Assembly (NCBI GenBank): GCA_018646625.1
Contig: JABGUJ010000001.1
Coordinates: 379,534-443,533, forward strand
Length of the DNA stretch: 64,000 bases
Reading direction: 5' to 3'
Origin: Candidatus Woesearchaeota archaeon
GTDB taxonomy: Archaea > Nanobdellota > Nanobdellia > Woesearchaeales > JABGUJ01
Of this stretch, positions 50,495 through 60,903 are shown in pieces. How positions within the stretch are numbered: position 1 is the stretch's first letter; the number at the start of each line of letters is the position of its first letter. Made by a program: the position numbers and the translations under genes. Below the pieces are notes generated by a model. That model was not told the DNA's origin, did not search any database, and worked only from the letters and a program-made list of their open reading frames with translations.

Positions 50495-52957
50495 TTAGTT
50501 CTTGGCGGGCGCCTCACCCAGTTTAAGGCCTATTTTCACAGGTAGAATCTCACTTTCAAGCTCTGTTTCGCCTTCAAATACGATTTCCTCTGCTCTGGTG
50601 GTTGCTTTTAGGTCTGGAAGAGCATGTTCTACTTTAGCTTTAACATCTTCATCACAGCTAATAACCATCTTCAAAACGGGTGTTTTCAAAGAAACTTGCT
50701 TAGTGCTTTTGTACTTTCGAACCATCGCTACAATTTCTACAATAACATCTCCAGTTTTATCTGCATGTTCATCAATTAGAGATTCATCAAACTCCGGCCA
50801 ACTAGAAATATGAATGCTTTTTTTGTTCTCTTTTTCTGCAAAGTATAATTGGTAAACCGATTCTGTTATATGCGGTATGATTGGTGAAAATAATTTCAAA
50901 ACAGTATTAAGAACCGTATATATTGTATACTGTGCAGATAATCTGGCATCAGCACCACGAGTATCAGGATTATACAATCTGTCTTTCGCTATTTCCATAT
51001 AATTATCACAAAATAATTTCCAGAAAAACTTATCTGTACCTGATTTTGTTCTAAAGTAACCATATCCTTTAAACGATTCAGTACATTCTTTTACTAACTC
51101 ATTAAGTCTAGACAAAATCCATTTGTCCATCATTTCTAATTTTTCTGGTTTGTCAAGTTTATAATCTTCAAGATGCATCAAAACAAACTTAGATGCATTC
51201 CATATTTTGTTAATTGTCTTTGTTCCGCTTATCATCTCTTTTTCAGGGAACGGAAGGTCTTCGCCCATTCTCACTCCGCCAGCCATATAACGTAAAGCGT
51301 CAGCAGAATACTTATCGATCATACCTTGAGGGGGAATAACATTACCTTTAGACTTAGACATCTTTTTCCCTTTAGGATCCAACATCCACCCATTAATGAA
51401 ACAATCATTCCATGGTTTCATCTTATGATGTAATTGGCTTTTAATTACTGTATTGAACAGCCAAAAAGAAATAATATCATGACCTTGCGGTCTTAAACTC
51501 ATAGGTGAATTAACTAATTTATCATAAACAGGTTTTCCTTTAAACAATTCTTTTACGATTGTAGGAGTTAATGATGAAGTCGCCCATGTATTAATTATAT
51601 CACTCTCACCACGAAAGTTTTTACCTTGACAATTAGGACAACAGTCCACTGGAGGTTTATCTTCCAAAGGATCAACAGGCAAGTTCTCAACTTTGGCAAA
51701 AATAACTTCTTCACAATCTTGACAATACCAAACAGGAAATGGAATTCCAAATGATATCTGACGAGATATGCACCAATTCCAACTTAATCCTTTAACCCAG
51801 TTATCATATCTATTTTTCATATGTGCTGGGTACCAATTCAACTCTTCCCCCCACTTTAACATATCATCTTTGAGATCAAGATATTTTATGAACCACTGTT
51901 TTGAATGTACGAACTCAACCTCGGTACCGCATCTCTCATGAGTATTTACATCGTGAGTTATTGGTTTCTGAGAGATCAACAATTCTTCAGTTTTCATATC
52001 TTCAATAATTTGCTTTCTAGCATCTTTAATCTTCATTCCTTTGTACTTACCAGCCAAAGAACTCATAGTTCCCTCACGAGTTATTGCCGCTTTAACTGGA
52101 AGATTATGTACTTTTTGCCATTCAATATCTGTTTGGTCTCCAAATGTACAACACATTACAATTCCAGTTCCTTTTTCAGGATCTGCTCTTTCATCTGGCA
52201 TGATTGGAACTTCAATATCAAATAGAGGAACTTTTGCCATCTTTCCTTCTAAATGTTTATACCTATCATCATCAGGATGAAAGAAAACCGCAACACATGC
52301 AGGCAATAATTCAGGACGAGTAGTAGCTACGATTAACTGTTCACCGTCTACTTTAAACACAATATCATTAAACATAGAATCCATTTCTTTATCTTCTAGT
52401 TCTACTTGGGCAATAGCAGTTCTACACTTAGGACACCACATTGCTGCAGCTTCTTTCCTGTGTGCGCGACCCATTTCATACAATTCAATAAAAGATCTTT
52501 GACTAATTCTTCTACAATGAGGATCTATAGTGGTATAAGATATATCCCAGTCACAACTGATTCCTAATTTTTTCCAATCAGCAAGATATTCTGGTCTTAA
52601 TTCGTTCTCAAGAGTTTCAATACATAATTTAACAAAATCTTTTCTCTCCATATCTCTTGCTCTAACTTTTTTAGTTTTTTGAATAAGAGTTTGAGTTGGT
52701 AATCCATTATCATCAGTACCGAACGGTTGTAGAACATTAAAGCCCCTCATTCTCTTGAATCGAGCAATAAAATCTTGTTGACTATTACCAAACGCATGAC
52801 CCATGTGCATTTTACCTGATACAGTAGGTGGAGGAGTATCAATCGAGAAAATCTCTTTGTCAGATTCAGGATCAAATTTGTATACGCCTTCATCTTCCCA
52901 GAACTTTTGCCACTTTGGCTCTTCAACCTTTGGATCATATGATTTAGGAATTTCCAT
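50495..52957 (-). CDS. valS: Valyl-tRNA synthetase (archaeal type); start taken at ATG 52957
   Basis: 'IDTPPPTVSGKMHMGH', 'ATTRPEL', 'GTGIVMCCTFGD', 'WCISRQ', 'RPQGHDII..W', KMSKS. Confidence 0.97.
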   Translation of the reverse strand: MEIPKSYDPKVEEPKWQKFWEDEGVYKFDPESDKEIFSIDTPPPTVSGKMHMGHAFGNSQQDFIARFKRMRGFNVLQPFGTDDNGLPTQTLIQKTKKVRARDMERKDFVKLCIETLENELRPEYLADWKKLGISCDWDISYTTIDPHCRRISQRSFIELYEMGRAHRKEAAAMWCPKCRTAIAQVELEDKEMDSMFNDIVFKVDGEQLIVATTRPELLPACVAVFFHPDDDRYKHLEGKMAKVPLFDIEVPIMPDERADPEKGTGIVMCCTFGDQTDIEWQKVHNLPVKAAITREGTMSSLAGKYKGMKIKDARKQIIEDMKTEELLISQKPITHDVNTHERCGTEVEFVHSKQWFIKYLDLKDDMLKWGEELNWYPAHMKNRYDNWVKGLSWNWCISRQISFGIPFPVWYCQDCEEVIFAKVENLPVDPLEDKPPVDCCPNCQGKNFRGESDIINTWATSSLTPTIVKELFKGKPVYDKLVNSPMSLRPQGHDIISFWLFNTVIKSQLHHKMKPWNDCFINGWMLDPKGKKMSKSKGNVIPPQGMIDKYSADALRYMAGGVRMGEDLPFPEKEMISGTKTINKIWNASKFVLMHLEDYKLDKPEKLEMMDKWILSRLNELVKECTESFKGYGYFRTKSGTDKFFWKLFCDNYMEIAKDRLYNPDTRGADARLSAQYTIYTVLNTVLKLFSPIIPHITESVYQLYFAEKENKKSIHISSWPEFDESLIDEHADKTGDVIVEIVAMVRKYKSTKQVSLKTPVLKMVISCDEDVKAKVEHALPDLKATTRAEEIVFEGETELESEILPVKIGLKLGEAPAKN

Positions 52958-53027
52958 TTTAAAATGCAATTTTTAAGTATTATTTAAACTATTCGCTTTT
53001 TAGAACGTCTCTACTGCGAGAATCTAA

Positions 53028-55718
53028 TCACCTGGACACTGCGATACAATTACCTGATGCCCTCTCCCACGCACAATTATTTAGCAAACACGGATCGTTC
53101 TTACAAGTTTTCTCAAATCCACTATAATCTGCGCAAGTAGTTCTTAATGTACAAGGTTCGCAACCATTAAATATCCAACCAGAAGTAAACACATAGTTAG
53201 GACATTCTGAATAACACTCACCCCAGTCACAAATATTAAACAAACCTTTACCGCAACGATTCTCCGGTCTACACTGAAATAATTTGATTCTGTCAACAAC
53301 AAATTCTTTTTTCTCCACTACAGGTTCTTCTACAGTTTTCTTCACAGCAACCTCGTCAGATGTTTCAACAATCTCTTCAGAAATAGTCTCTTGAATTCCT
53401 ACATCTTCATTTTCTTCAACCTCTTCTTCTACAGCTTCAACCACCACGTTTGTTGAATCACTCACAAGACCTCTACTTTCATTAATAAAAGAGTCTAAAT
53501 CAACATCTGACAAGATTTCGATGCTAAAATTTCCAACCTTAGAACTAACATCTAAACTATCTGTAGCAAACTCAACTCTATACATGACACTATTAACACC
53601 TTTGCTAAGAGTATCGCCACTCTCAACCTTAATAAAGTTAACACCAGAATTATAAGAAACACTTACGTTAAAACTAGAATCATCAACCAACTCCTCTTCC
53701 CAAGTAATACTTCCTAAATCAACAGAAACATTAAACTTAAGATCTATTGAGGTAAATGAACCTGTAGCAGTACCATTAGATAATTTAAACTCTTTAGACC
53801 TCAGTCCTCCACTAGGATGACGAGAAACAACACCATTTGCTCCACCCGCATAAAAATAAGTGGAGTTACCTACCACAAACAAACCATCTCCAAAAGTAAA
53901 ATTGAGCTTATCAAAAGCATTATCTTCTTTTCTAACCACAACACCGGCAGAACCTACCGCGAACAAAACATTATTTTCCCCATAAACTCCTTTTACATCT
54001 CCAAAATCAAAACTATCTTCTACTAATTCTTCATTTTTATGTCTTGCAACGATTGTAGAATTCTCACCAATAACCATAAATGAGAAATCCCCTCCACCAA
54101 CATAAAGATCTTCTCCAAGATATATTTGTTTTTCAACAAAGAAATTATCTTTATGCCTTGCAACTATCCCATTACTTCCTGCCGCCATGAAGGAATCATA
54201 ATTACCCTTCACGATTGGTGCACTGGCAAAATTAAAATAGAAGGTTTGTACCTCTTCGCCAGGTCTCCAATACGCATACCCTTTGGGTCCCGCCGCCATA
54301 AACGCATTTGAATCACCTGTTACATCAACCTGACCTCCGAAGTCAAATAAATGTAATAACAAATCACCATTTCTGTTTTTCACAACAACACCATTAGGTC
54401 CTGCCGCCATAAAATAAACTGAAGTACCTGCAACATCAGGCTTACCGCCAAAATCAAACTCTAATAAATCAATGTCTTTACTACCATATCTCGCAACCAC
54501 ACCATTTTCTCCTGCTGCCATGAACGCCTTACTTTTACCTACGAGAACGGGTTCTGCACCAATATCAAAATCAGAAGTTGTTAGATTGCCGTCTTCAAAC
54601 ACAGCAGCACTTCCATTAGGACCAACCGCCATAAAGGATCTACTTCCTGCAATCAATACAGGATTCCCTAAATAAATAGACGTTGTTTTAATGTCATTAT
54701 CTGAATAAACTGTGGCCACACCATTTTCTCCTGCTGCCATAAACGCCCGTGTATTTCCTGCAACGCGCACATCATTTCCAAATCCAAATACTTTAGTCAA
54801 AATATCTTTATGCTTATACTTAGATGCAACACCCGAACTTCCTGCCGCCATAAATGAATTATCTCCCAAATTAATTTGAGGATTAGAACCTAACACTACA
54901 GAAGAAACTTCTAACCATTCACCTAAGTAAACTGATGCAACACCTGAACTTCCTGCCGCAAACAATGATTTTCTTTTACTATCACCAACTATATCAGAAC
55001 CCAAACCAATATCTGAGGATTGAAATGTATTATTCTTGTATCTATACACAACACCTGAAGCACCCGCTGCTAAATATGTCTCTCCACTTCCAAATGCTTT
55101 AACACCTGAACCCAGATCATAATGTTTAACAACTGGAACAGTATTTGCAAAAACGGACAGGGCACCATCTTCGCCTGCCGCAATAAAAGATGTATCCTTA
55201 CCAGCAACATCTCTTTTTGTTCCAATATTAATACTTAATGTGGAAAAGTTTTCATTGGCCTTGCGAAAGATCATACCATTATCTGCAACAGCCATAAAAG
55301 AATCACCATCTCCTGCAATTGCAACAGAACCCGATAACAAATAATCTTTTGTCCATATGGAATGCCCCTCGTTCTTCGCCAGAACTCCTTTGGAACCTAC
55401 AACCATAAATGAATCACGCAACCCTGAAATAACTACGTTATCACCTAAAGAATAAGTTCTTTGTTCTAAACTGCCGCCATTATACATACCAATTACTCCA
55501 TTAGGGCCCGCAATCATAAATGATCTGCCATCACCAGAATGAACAATTCCTTGATCTGTGTTTAAGCCCATTAATGTAGAATTTACTTGAATATTATTAT
55601 CAAATACCCCATATTTGTAATCTGAGTAATCATCTTCACTCCATACAACAGCTAAAGCAACACTGCAAGTACAAATAAAAACAAAGATTAGAACTAATAC
55701 CCTATTATTCATCATCAA
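53028..55718 (-). CDS. Secreted repeat protein, probable beta-propeller(s), with an acidic linker and a Cys-rich C-terminal domain
   Basis: Signal peptide; 16 copies of an ~37-38-aa unit centred on '[SA]FMAAGxxG'; C-terminal Cys-rich segment. Confidence 0.8.
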   Translation of the reverse strand: MMMNNRVLVLIFVFICTCSVALAVVWSEDDYSDYKYGVFDNNIQVNSTLMGLNTDQGIVHSGDGRSFMIAGPNGVIGMYNGGSLEQRTYSLGDNVVISGLRDSFMVVGSKGVLAKNEGHSIWTKDYLLSGSVAIAGDGDSFMAVADNGMIFRKANENFSTLSINIGTKRDVAGKDTSFIAAGEDGALSVFANTVPVVKHYDLGSGVKAFGSGETYLAAGASGVVYRYKNNTFQSSDIGLGSDIVGDSKRKSLFAAGSSGVASVYLGEWLEVSSVVLGSNPQINLGDNSFMAAGSSGVASKYKHKDILTKVFGFGNDVRVAGNTRAFMAAGENGVATVYSDNDIKTTSIYLGNPVLIAGSRSFMAVGPNGSAAVFEDGNLTTSDFDIGAEPVLVGKSKAFMAAGENGVVARYGSKDIDLLEFDFGGKPDVAGTSVYFMAAGPNGVVVKNRNGDLLLHLFDFGGQVDVTGDSNAFMAAGPKGYAYWRPGEEVQTFYFNFASAPIVKGNYDSFMAAGSNGIVARHKDNFFVEKQIYLGEDLYVGGGDFSFMVIGENSTIVARHKNEELVEDSFDFGDVKGVYGENNVLFAVGSAGVVVRKEDNAFDKLNFTFGDGLFVVGNSTYFYAGGANGVVSRHPSGGLRSKEFKLSNGTATGSFTSIDLKFNVSVDLGSITWEEELVDDSSFNVSVSYNSGVNFIKVESGDTLSKGVNSVMYRVEFATDSLDVSSKVGNFSIEILSDVDLDSFINESRGLVSDSTNVVVEAVEEEVEENEDVGIQETISEEIVETSDEVAVKKTVEEPVVEKKEFVVDRIKLFQCRPENRCGKGLFNICDWGECYSECPNYVFTSGWIFNGCEPCTLRTTCADYSGFEKTCKNDPCLLNNCAWERASGNCIAVSR

Positions 55719-55756
55719 CCTCTTTTTATTAAAATATCCTCTTTGATTTTATAAAA

Positions 55757-56215
55757 CTAACCTTCCTTCTTCACAACTAAGACGCCAATCTTGTTATGAG
55801 GAACATCCGTTAATCCTGTTTCAAAGTAAAGATGCAATGTAGATTGGAATGTACTAATAGTTCCAAGATTTGTACAATTATACACGAACATTCTTGATTC
55901 TGTATTTAGCATTCCAATTTCTTCTTGATAATCACTCACATTACATATGATTCCATTAACATCAGGATCTAAATCCATTGATATATTCTGCACATCAAAT
56001 CCTAATCCATTTTGTATTGTAACTGAAAACGTAGTACCTTGCCATGAATAATCTAAACACTCAAAACCGGCCGAGAAAGTACATTTTTCTGAAATGAAGG
56101 TATCAAGGTTAATCACGTCATAGTACGCCAAACCCCACAAAAAAGATAGAATAACCAGTATAATCCAACCATAAGTTATGATGAATTCCTGAGCAATCTG
56201 ACCTCTTTTTTGCAT
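55757..56215 (-). CDS. Type IV pilin-like protein (class III signal peptide)
   Basis: 'KRG/QIAQEFIITYGWIIL'; 'EKCTF..GF.C.DY'. Confidence 0.85.
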   Translation of the reverse strand: MQKRGQIAQEFIITYGWIILVILSFLWGLAYYDVINLDTFISEKCTFSAGFECLDYSWQGTTFSVTIQNGLGFDVQNISMDLDPDVNGIICNVSDYQEEIGMLNTESRMFVYNCTNLGTISTFQSTLHLYFETGLTDVPHNKIGVLVVKKEG

Positions 56216-56258
56216 ACTCCTAGAATATCAAGCACGATATATAAACATTTAGAACGAA

Positions 56259-56290
56259 ATAAAATAATTAAAAGAAAAAAGAAAGAAAAA
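56259..56290 (-). terminator. Oligo-T terminator after the middle pilin gene
   Basis: Minus strand reads TTTTTCTTTCTTTTTTCTTTT immediately after the stop codon. Confidence 0.65.
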
Positions 56291-56292
56291 AT

Positions 56293-56772
56293 TTATCCCG
56301 TTTTAAGGATAATTTCTCCAAGTTTGCTATGATCTAAGCTTGTTTGCTGGTTAGTATAGTCAACAGTTACGTCTCCTTTGAACTTACCAGTTAAACCAGT
56401 ACATAATGCCGCCATTCTGTATGTCTTTGTCTCACCATCAGTCAATGTAGTTCCATTTTCATTGCTCGATGTAGATGTTCCAGCGACATATGCCAAAGCA
56501 GCGTTACAACTTGTTCCATTAACACTAACACCGACACCATTCATGTCGAATCCTGCGCTATTCTGGATTACTGTTGTAATTCCGTTTGTACTATCCCATG
56601 TAAAATCTAAACATGCCATTCCTGAAGGTAGTGTACATTTTTCTGGTAAGAATCTATCCGGACTCAAAACACCAAAATATGCTAATGCTCCTATTGCTGC
56701 AAGAACAACAAGAATTGCCCAACCATAAGTCATTAAAAACTCCATAGCTGCTTGGCCTCTCTTATTTACCAT
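56293..56772 (-). CDS. Type IV pilin (probable major pilin)
   Basis: 'KRG/QAAMEFLMTYGWAILVVLAAIGALAYFGV'; strong GAGGTGA SD; own T-rich terminator. Confidence 0.88.
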   Translation of the reverse strand: MVNKRGQAAMEFLMTYGWAILVVLAAIGALAYFGVLSPDRFLPEKCTLPSGMACLDFTWDSTNGITTVIQNSAGFDMNGVGVSVNGTSCNAALAYVAGTSTSSNENGTTLTDGETKTYRMAALCTGLTGKFKGDVTVDYTNQQTSLDHSKLGEIILKTG

Positions 56773-57277
56773 GATTTTTCACCTCTTTGTATTTCATACT
56801 TAATATGAGTAATATCACAAAAGCGTATACTAATATATTAATGTTGCGTTTATAACAACTGGATTACTGTACTGTTGTCGTTATTTCGCCAGTATGGGTC
56901 TTATTAAGGCTGTTCGTGTAATAGTTAAGCGAAATATCTGAGTTAAATTTTGATCCCTTTGCACCATTATCGCAATCTGTAAAGCGTATAGTTATTTGTT
57001 CGCCGTTTTCAAAGAAGTAAGGTAGAGTGGAGTTTGCAGCACAATCTCCGAGAGTTAAACCAGTAAGAGTGGCATCTTTACCTAAAGAATTCGTTATTAC
57101 CATATCCGCACTATTGGTGTCAACAACAAAATCAACACAATGGAAGCCAGAGGGAAACGTACACACATCAGGAATGAATTGTTGAGGCTTTGTAACACCA
57201 AAATATGCTAGTGCCCCTATTGCTGCAAGAACAACAAGAATTGCCCAACCATAAGTCATTAAAAACTCCATAGCTGC
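56668..57277. repeat. 84-bp direct repeat (56668-56751 and 57194-57277; 82/84 identical) encoding the pilin N-terminal helices
   Basis: Manual alignment; mismatches only at 56685/57211 and 56689/57215. Confidence 0.92.
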
Positions 57278-57322
57278 CTGAGAACGTTTACTCAACCTTT
57301 TTCGTTGACTTATTACACTCAT
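56864..57322 (-). CDS. Type IV pilin-like protein (class III signal peptide)
   Basis: 'KRS/QAAMEFLMTYGWAILVVLAAIGALAYFGV'; 'CTFPSGFHCVDF'. Confidence 0.87.
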   Translation of the reverse strand: MSVISQRKRLSKRSQAAMEFLMTYGWAILVVLAAIGALAYFGVTKPQQFIPDVCTFPSGFHCVDFVVDTNSADMVITNSLGKDATLTGLTLGDCAANSTLPYFFENGEQITIRFTDCDNGAKGSKFNSDISLNYYTNSLNKTHTGEITTTVQ

Positions 57323-57371
57323 ATCAAAATAAATAACACTAAATTGGTATTTAAGCGTTCTTATAAATTAA

Positions 57372-58382
57372 TTAGAAAATACCGCTCATCATTGAACCGA
57401 GCAAAGACGAAGCCGCGAAATAGATTAATAGTGATACGATGATATAAGTTGGAATATATTTTATTCCTTCTACAACATTACCTTTCTTTATCACAGAGAT
57501 AATCATGGCGGAAAAGAGTGATGTAATAAACAAGACTAAAACAGAAAATGTTCTAAAGTTTTCAGGAGTCACTGCAGATTCTTTAATTGAAAACATCATT
57601 TGTGTTCCTGATGGAATATCGATGCTAGAGAAGATCTCTCCAATAACTCCGAGCAACTGCGATGACAGTGCTAACAAAGCAGGAGTTGCGATTATTGCAG
57701 CAAATGTAATAAAGATAACATAAGTTGTCACATTAGCAGCCATTTCTTTTTTCATTAATCTGACTTCTTCAATATGTGTTGCGATCTTTGTAAGAAGATT
57801 TCCTATTTCTCCGCCCGCATCCATTCCTTCAACAATTAAATTAACAGATCTTTTCAAAACATTAGAATTATACTTTGTTGCGAACCTCTCTAGCGAATCC
57901 CCCAAATCTGAACCACTCATCACTTCTTTAGCAACCGTTTCGATTTCTTTTGCCAACACGCCAAACCTTGGACGCACAGCAAACCACATTGCTTTCTCTA
58001 CAGTCATTCCTGCGCGTATATTGGTGGCAGTAAAATGCAAAAAATCAGGCAACACTTCTTCGATGCTCTTTCGTCGATGAAATATCTTAAAATCCATAAA
58101 TACGAAGAAGAATAACCACACGAAAAATACCAACGCTAAAAACGCTAATGTCCAAATCATTAAAGTTAATCCGATAATGTACAAAATAGGATAACCTTTG
58201 TGTTGGATAAAAAACCAAATCAAATAACCTGAAAAAACAAGGTTAAGAAATATACAAACATTAAATATGATTTTCGCGATTCTGCCTGTTTCAGATTTTA
58301 CACCCGCAACATCCATGTAACGTCTAAGTATTTTAGTGCTCTTCTTCTTCTCTTTTTTAACCACCTTTTTCTTAGATTTCAC
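57372..58382 (-). CDS. Type IV pilus assembly membrane platform protein (T2SS-F / TadC-like)
   Basis: 'IEEVLPDFL....NIRAGM..EKA......FG.LA.E', 'GGEIG.LL'; TM helices. Confidence 0.9.
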   Translation of the reverse strand: MKSKKKVVKKEKKKSTKILRRYMDVAGVKSETGRIAKIIFNVCIFLNLVFSGYLIWFFIQHKGYPILYIIGLTLMIWTLAFLALVFFVWLFFFVFMDFKIFHRRKSIEEVLPDFLHFTATNIRAGMTVEKAMWFAVRPRFGVLAKEIETVAKEVMSGSDLGDSLERFATKYNSNVLKRSVNLIVEGMDAGGEIGNLLTKIATHIEEVRLMKKEMAANVTTYVIFITFAAIIATPALLALSSQLLGVIGEIFSSIDIPSGTQMMFSIKESAVTPENFRTFSVLVLFITSLFSAMIISVIKKGNVVEGIKYIPTYIIVSLLIYFAASSLLGSMMSGIF

Positions 58383-59194
58383 ATATTCACCGCCGGTCTA
58401 GATGATTTAATACCTGTCAAGAAAAATAATTGAATAAACGCAAGTACTGCGGCAATTCCGATCAATACTCCCAAATCTAACTGTATCCCTAAAAAGCTAG
58501 CTAAAACAACGAACATAGTTATACCTAGAGATGGGACTATAACAGCAATCATCATATAGAACATAGCCAAAGGATTCAATTTCTTAGCATATCTTTGAAT
58601 TTCTATTATATGGTTTCTAGATATCTGATCAACAACTGAATTAAGAGTAGCAGTTACATCCGCACCCGCGTTAAGAGAATTAAGAATTTGCCATAAGATC
58701 TTTCGAAGATCATGAGACGGGGTTTCATCAATTGCTTCACTTAATGCAACCTCCATATCTATTCCCATATCGACCGCATGTATGACATTTCCAAACGCCT
58801 TACCTACATAATTATAGCTCTTTGAAACATTTTTTAACGCATTATACAACAGAATTCCTGATTCTAATTCAACAATAAGAAATCGTCCTGCAAAAACAAC
58901 ATCTTTGTCTATTGCTCTACGTTTTTTAAGTATTTTAACATCAGGTAACTTAAGAAAATAAAAGAACAACACAATAAATAAAACTGGAGAAATAAAATAC
59001 AACACAGATAATACGATATCCATCTTTGCAAGAATTGCGCCCATGAAGATGGTGACACCCGTCATCAAATAGAATGCACTTATCAAAGTTTTTTTAACAA
59101 AATCTTCAGGAGTTTGACCCATTCCTGCTTGTTTTAGTTTAACATCTAATCCTGGAAGATTTTTTGAGATTATTCTAAAAATGTGGCTAGTCAA
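58379..59194 (-). CDS. Type IV pilus assembly membrane platform protein (T2SS-F / TadB-like)
   Basis: 'FAGRFLIVELESG', 'TPS..LRKILWQI.NSL..GAD', 'KLNPLAMFYM..AVIVPSLG'. Confidence 0.88.
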   Translation of the reverse strand: MTSHIFRIISKNLPGLDVKLKQAGMGQTPEDFVKKTLISAFYLMTGVTIFMGAILAKMDIVLSVLYFISPVLFIVLFFYFLKLPDVKILKKRRAIDKDVVFAGRFLIVELESGILLYNALKNVSKSYNYVGKAFGNVIHAVDMGIDMEVALSEAIDETPSHDLRKILWQILNSLNAGADVTATLNSVVDQISRNHIIEIQRYAKKLNPLAMFYMMIAVIVPSLGITMFVVLASFLGIQLDLGVLIGIAAVLAFIQLFFLTGIKSSRPAVNM

Positions 59195-59197
59195 ATT

Positions 59198-60874
59198 TTA
59201 GCCCTCGAACTTCTTATTTTTTTTAACGGTTTTCAATAAGTTTTCTTTATCTGTATAATACTCCGCCATAACTCTACCAACATCATCTACCATATTGATA
59301 TTCTGTTTAACAAGCCATTTCAGAATGGTCTCTTTTTCTGTAAGTTGGCCCTTTACTTCTTGTTCAGTAAAACCTGCATACATTTCAAGAGTTTTAAGAA
59401 TCGTAGACGACTTGTTCTTGTTCTGCAGAATGTCTTTTTTGATGTCATATTTCATAAGAATATTAGGGTCTCCGTTTTCTTTAATCTCAGATAATTCAAA
59501 TGTTCTTCTTGTTCCTGTTCGTCTATTTCTAAATTGAACAATGATTAGTGATAGTGCCGGCAACATCGATTTTGGTACTTCTATTGGCGGGGAAGTCAAA
59601 CGAGTTATGGTTTCTTGAGTACTGTTAGCGTGCACTGTCGCATATACGCTATGACCTGTATGGATTGCCTCAAACAAAACTTCTGCTTCTTTCTTCCTTC
59701 GAATCTCACCAACCAAAATCCTGTCCGGTCTCTGTCTTAATGAATTAACCAAAAGATCAAGCATAGTTACTTCTCCTCGGCCTTCAGTATTTGCAAACTT
59801 TGTAACCATGGGTATCCAGTGTAAAAATTTAGGTAATTGAATTTCTCGGGTATCCTCAATAGATAATATTCTTTGATTTGGAGGGAAAAAGTTCCCTATT
59901 GCATTAAGCATACTTGTTTTTCCCGATGCAGTTCCACCTGCAATCAATGTAGACAACTCGAACTGAATGCCTTGCCAAATCAACGCGGACGCAGACGCGG
60001 ACAAAGTGTTAGTTCGAATAAAATCAGTCATTGTCCAAGGCTTAGCTGCGAATTTTCTCAGAGTAATAGTATTTCCTTTTGTAGATACAGGCATAAGAGC
60101 TGCATTAACTCTGTCTCCGCCATCTAGATGTGCATCCATTAAAGGTTCGAGAGAACTAATTTGTCTGTCAACTTTTCTACCGATCATGGCCGCATAGTGT
60201 CGTGTTTGCGCTTCTGAATTCATAACAATATTTGTCTTAAGCCATCCAAATTCTCTATGAAACACCCATACAGGTTCTTCAGAAGAATTAATAGCGATTT
60301 CTTCTAGTTGAGCATCTGCCATTAATAATTCGATATCTCCCATACCCAAACTTTTTTGAACCATGTAAGACGTAAGATACTTTATTGTGAAATCATCTGC
60401 TGCAGGGAAGTACTTTTTTACCAGTAATTGAGTAGCATCAAAAAATTTGTCTTCAACATAAGAAGATTTCTTAGGGTCAGTTATATCTACCATTCCTAGA
60501 TTAACTTTTGAAATAAGATCTTTACGAATATTCTCCAGAATAATTTGAGTGCTCGGACCTATGCTTGATAATGATACTTCATATATCGGAACATACTCTC
60601 CCTTAGCTTTAACAATTCTAACAGTTAGAGGGATGTCTTTAGAAGTTATATCATACTTTTTAATCTCTTTTTCTTCTTTAAACGAAGGTTGTTTTATGGT
60701 ACTGCCTGTCTCGGTTTGATTAATTGCTAAATCAACTGCATCCGCCTCCCAGCCCTTCTTTAGAAGTTTTCTCCGGATCTTTTCAATGGATGCGCCTTCT
60801 TTCAAAGATTTCTTTACAAAGTCAACTAGTTCATTCGTTACACTTACTCCCGAATCAGAAGAATCTACCCCCAT
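59198..60874 (-). CDS. Type II/IV secretion ATPase (CpaF/TadA/VirB11 family)
   Basis: GGTASGKT Walker A, 'SIEDTRE', 'LRQRPDRILVGEIR', 'TGH...T.HA'. Confidence 0.96.
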   Translation of the reverse strand: MGVDSSDSGVSVTNELVDFVKKSLKEGASIEKIRRKLLKKGWEADAVDLAINQTETGSTIKQPSFKEEKEIKKYDITSKDIPLTVRIVKAKGEYVPIYEVSLSSIGPSTQIILENIRKDLISKVNLGMVDITDPKKSSYVEDKFFDATQLLVKKYFPAADDFTIKYLTSYMVQKSLGMGDIELLMADAQLEEIAINSSEEPVWVFHREFGWLKTNIVMNSEAQTRHYAAMIGRKVDRQISSLEPLMDAHLDGGDRVNAALMPVSTKGNTITLRKFAAKPWTMTDFIRTNTLSASASALIWQGIQFELSTLIAGGTASGKTSMLNAIGNFFPPNQRILSIEDTREIQLPKFLHWIPMVTKFANTEGRGEVTMLDLLVNSLRQRPDRILVGEIRRKKEAEVLFEAIHTGHSVYATVHANSTQETITRLTSPPIEVPKSMLPALSLIIVQFRNRRTGTRRTFELSEIKENGDPNILMKYDIKKDILQNKNKSSTILKTLEMYAGFTEQEVKGQLTEKETILKWLVKQNINMVDDVGRVMAEYYTDKENLLKTVKKNKKFEG

Positions 60875-60903
60875 TGTTCACCCCTTTTTATACTCTTAAG
60901 CTG

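Noticed and set aside
56668..57277. Pilin repeat as a diversity-generating retroelement TR/VR pair
   Set aside because: No reverse transcriptase in the window; the two mismatches are synonymous, not adenine-specific, and lie in the conserved N-terminal region
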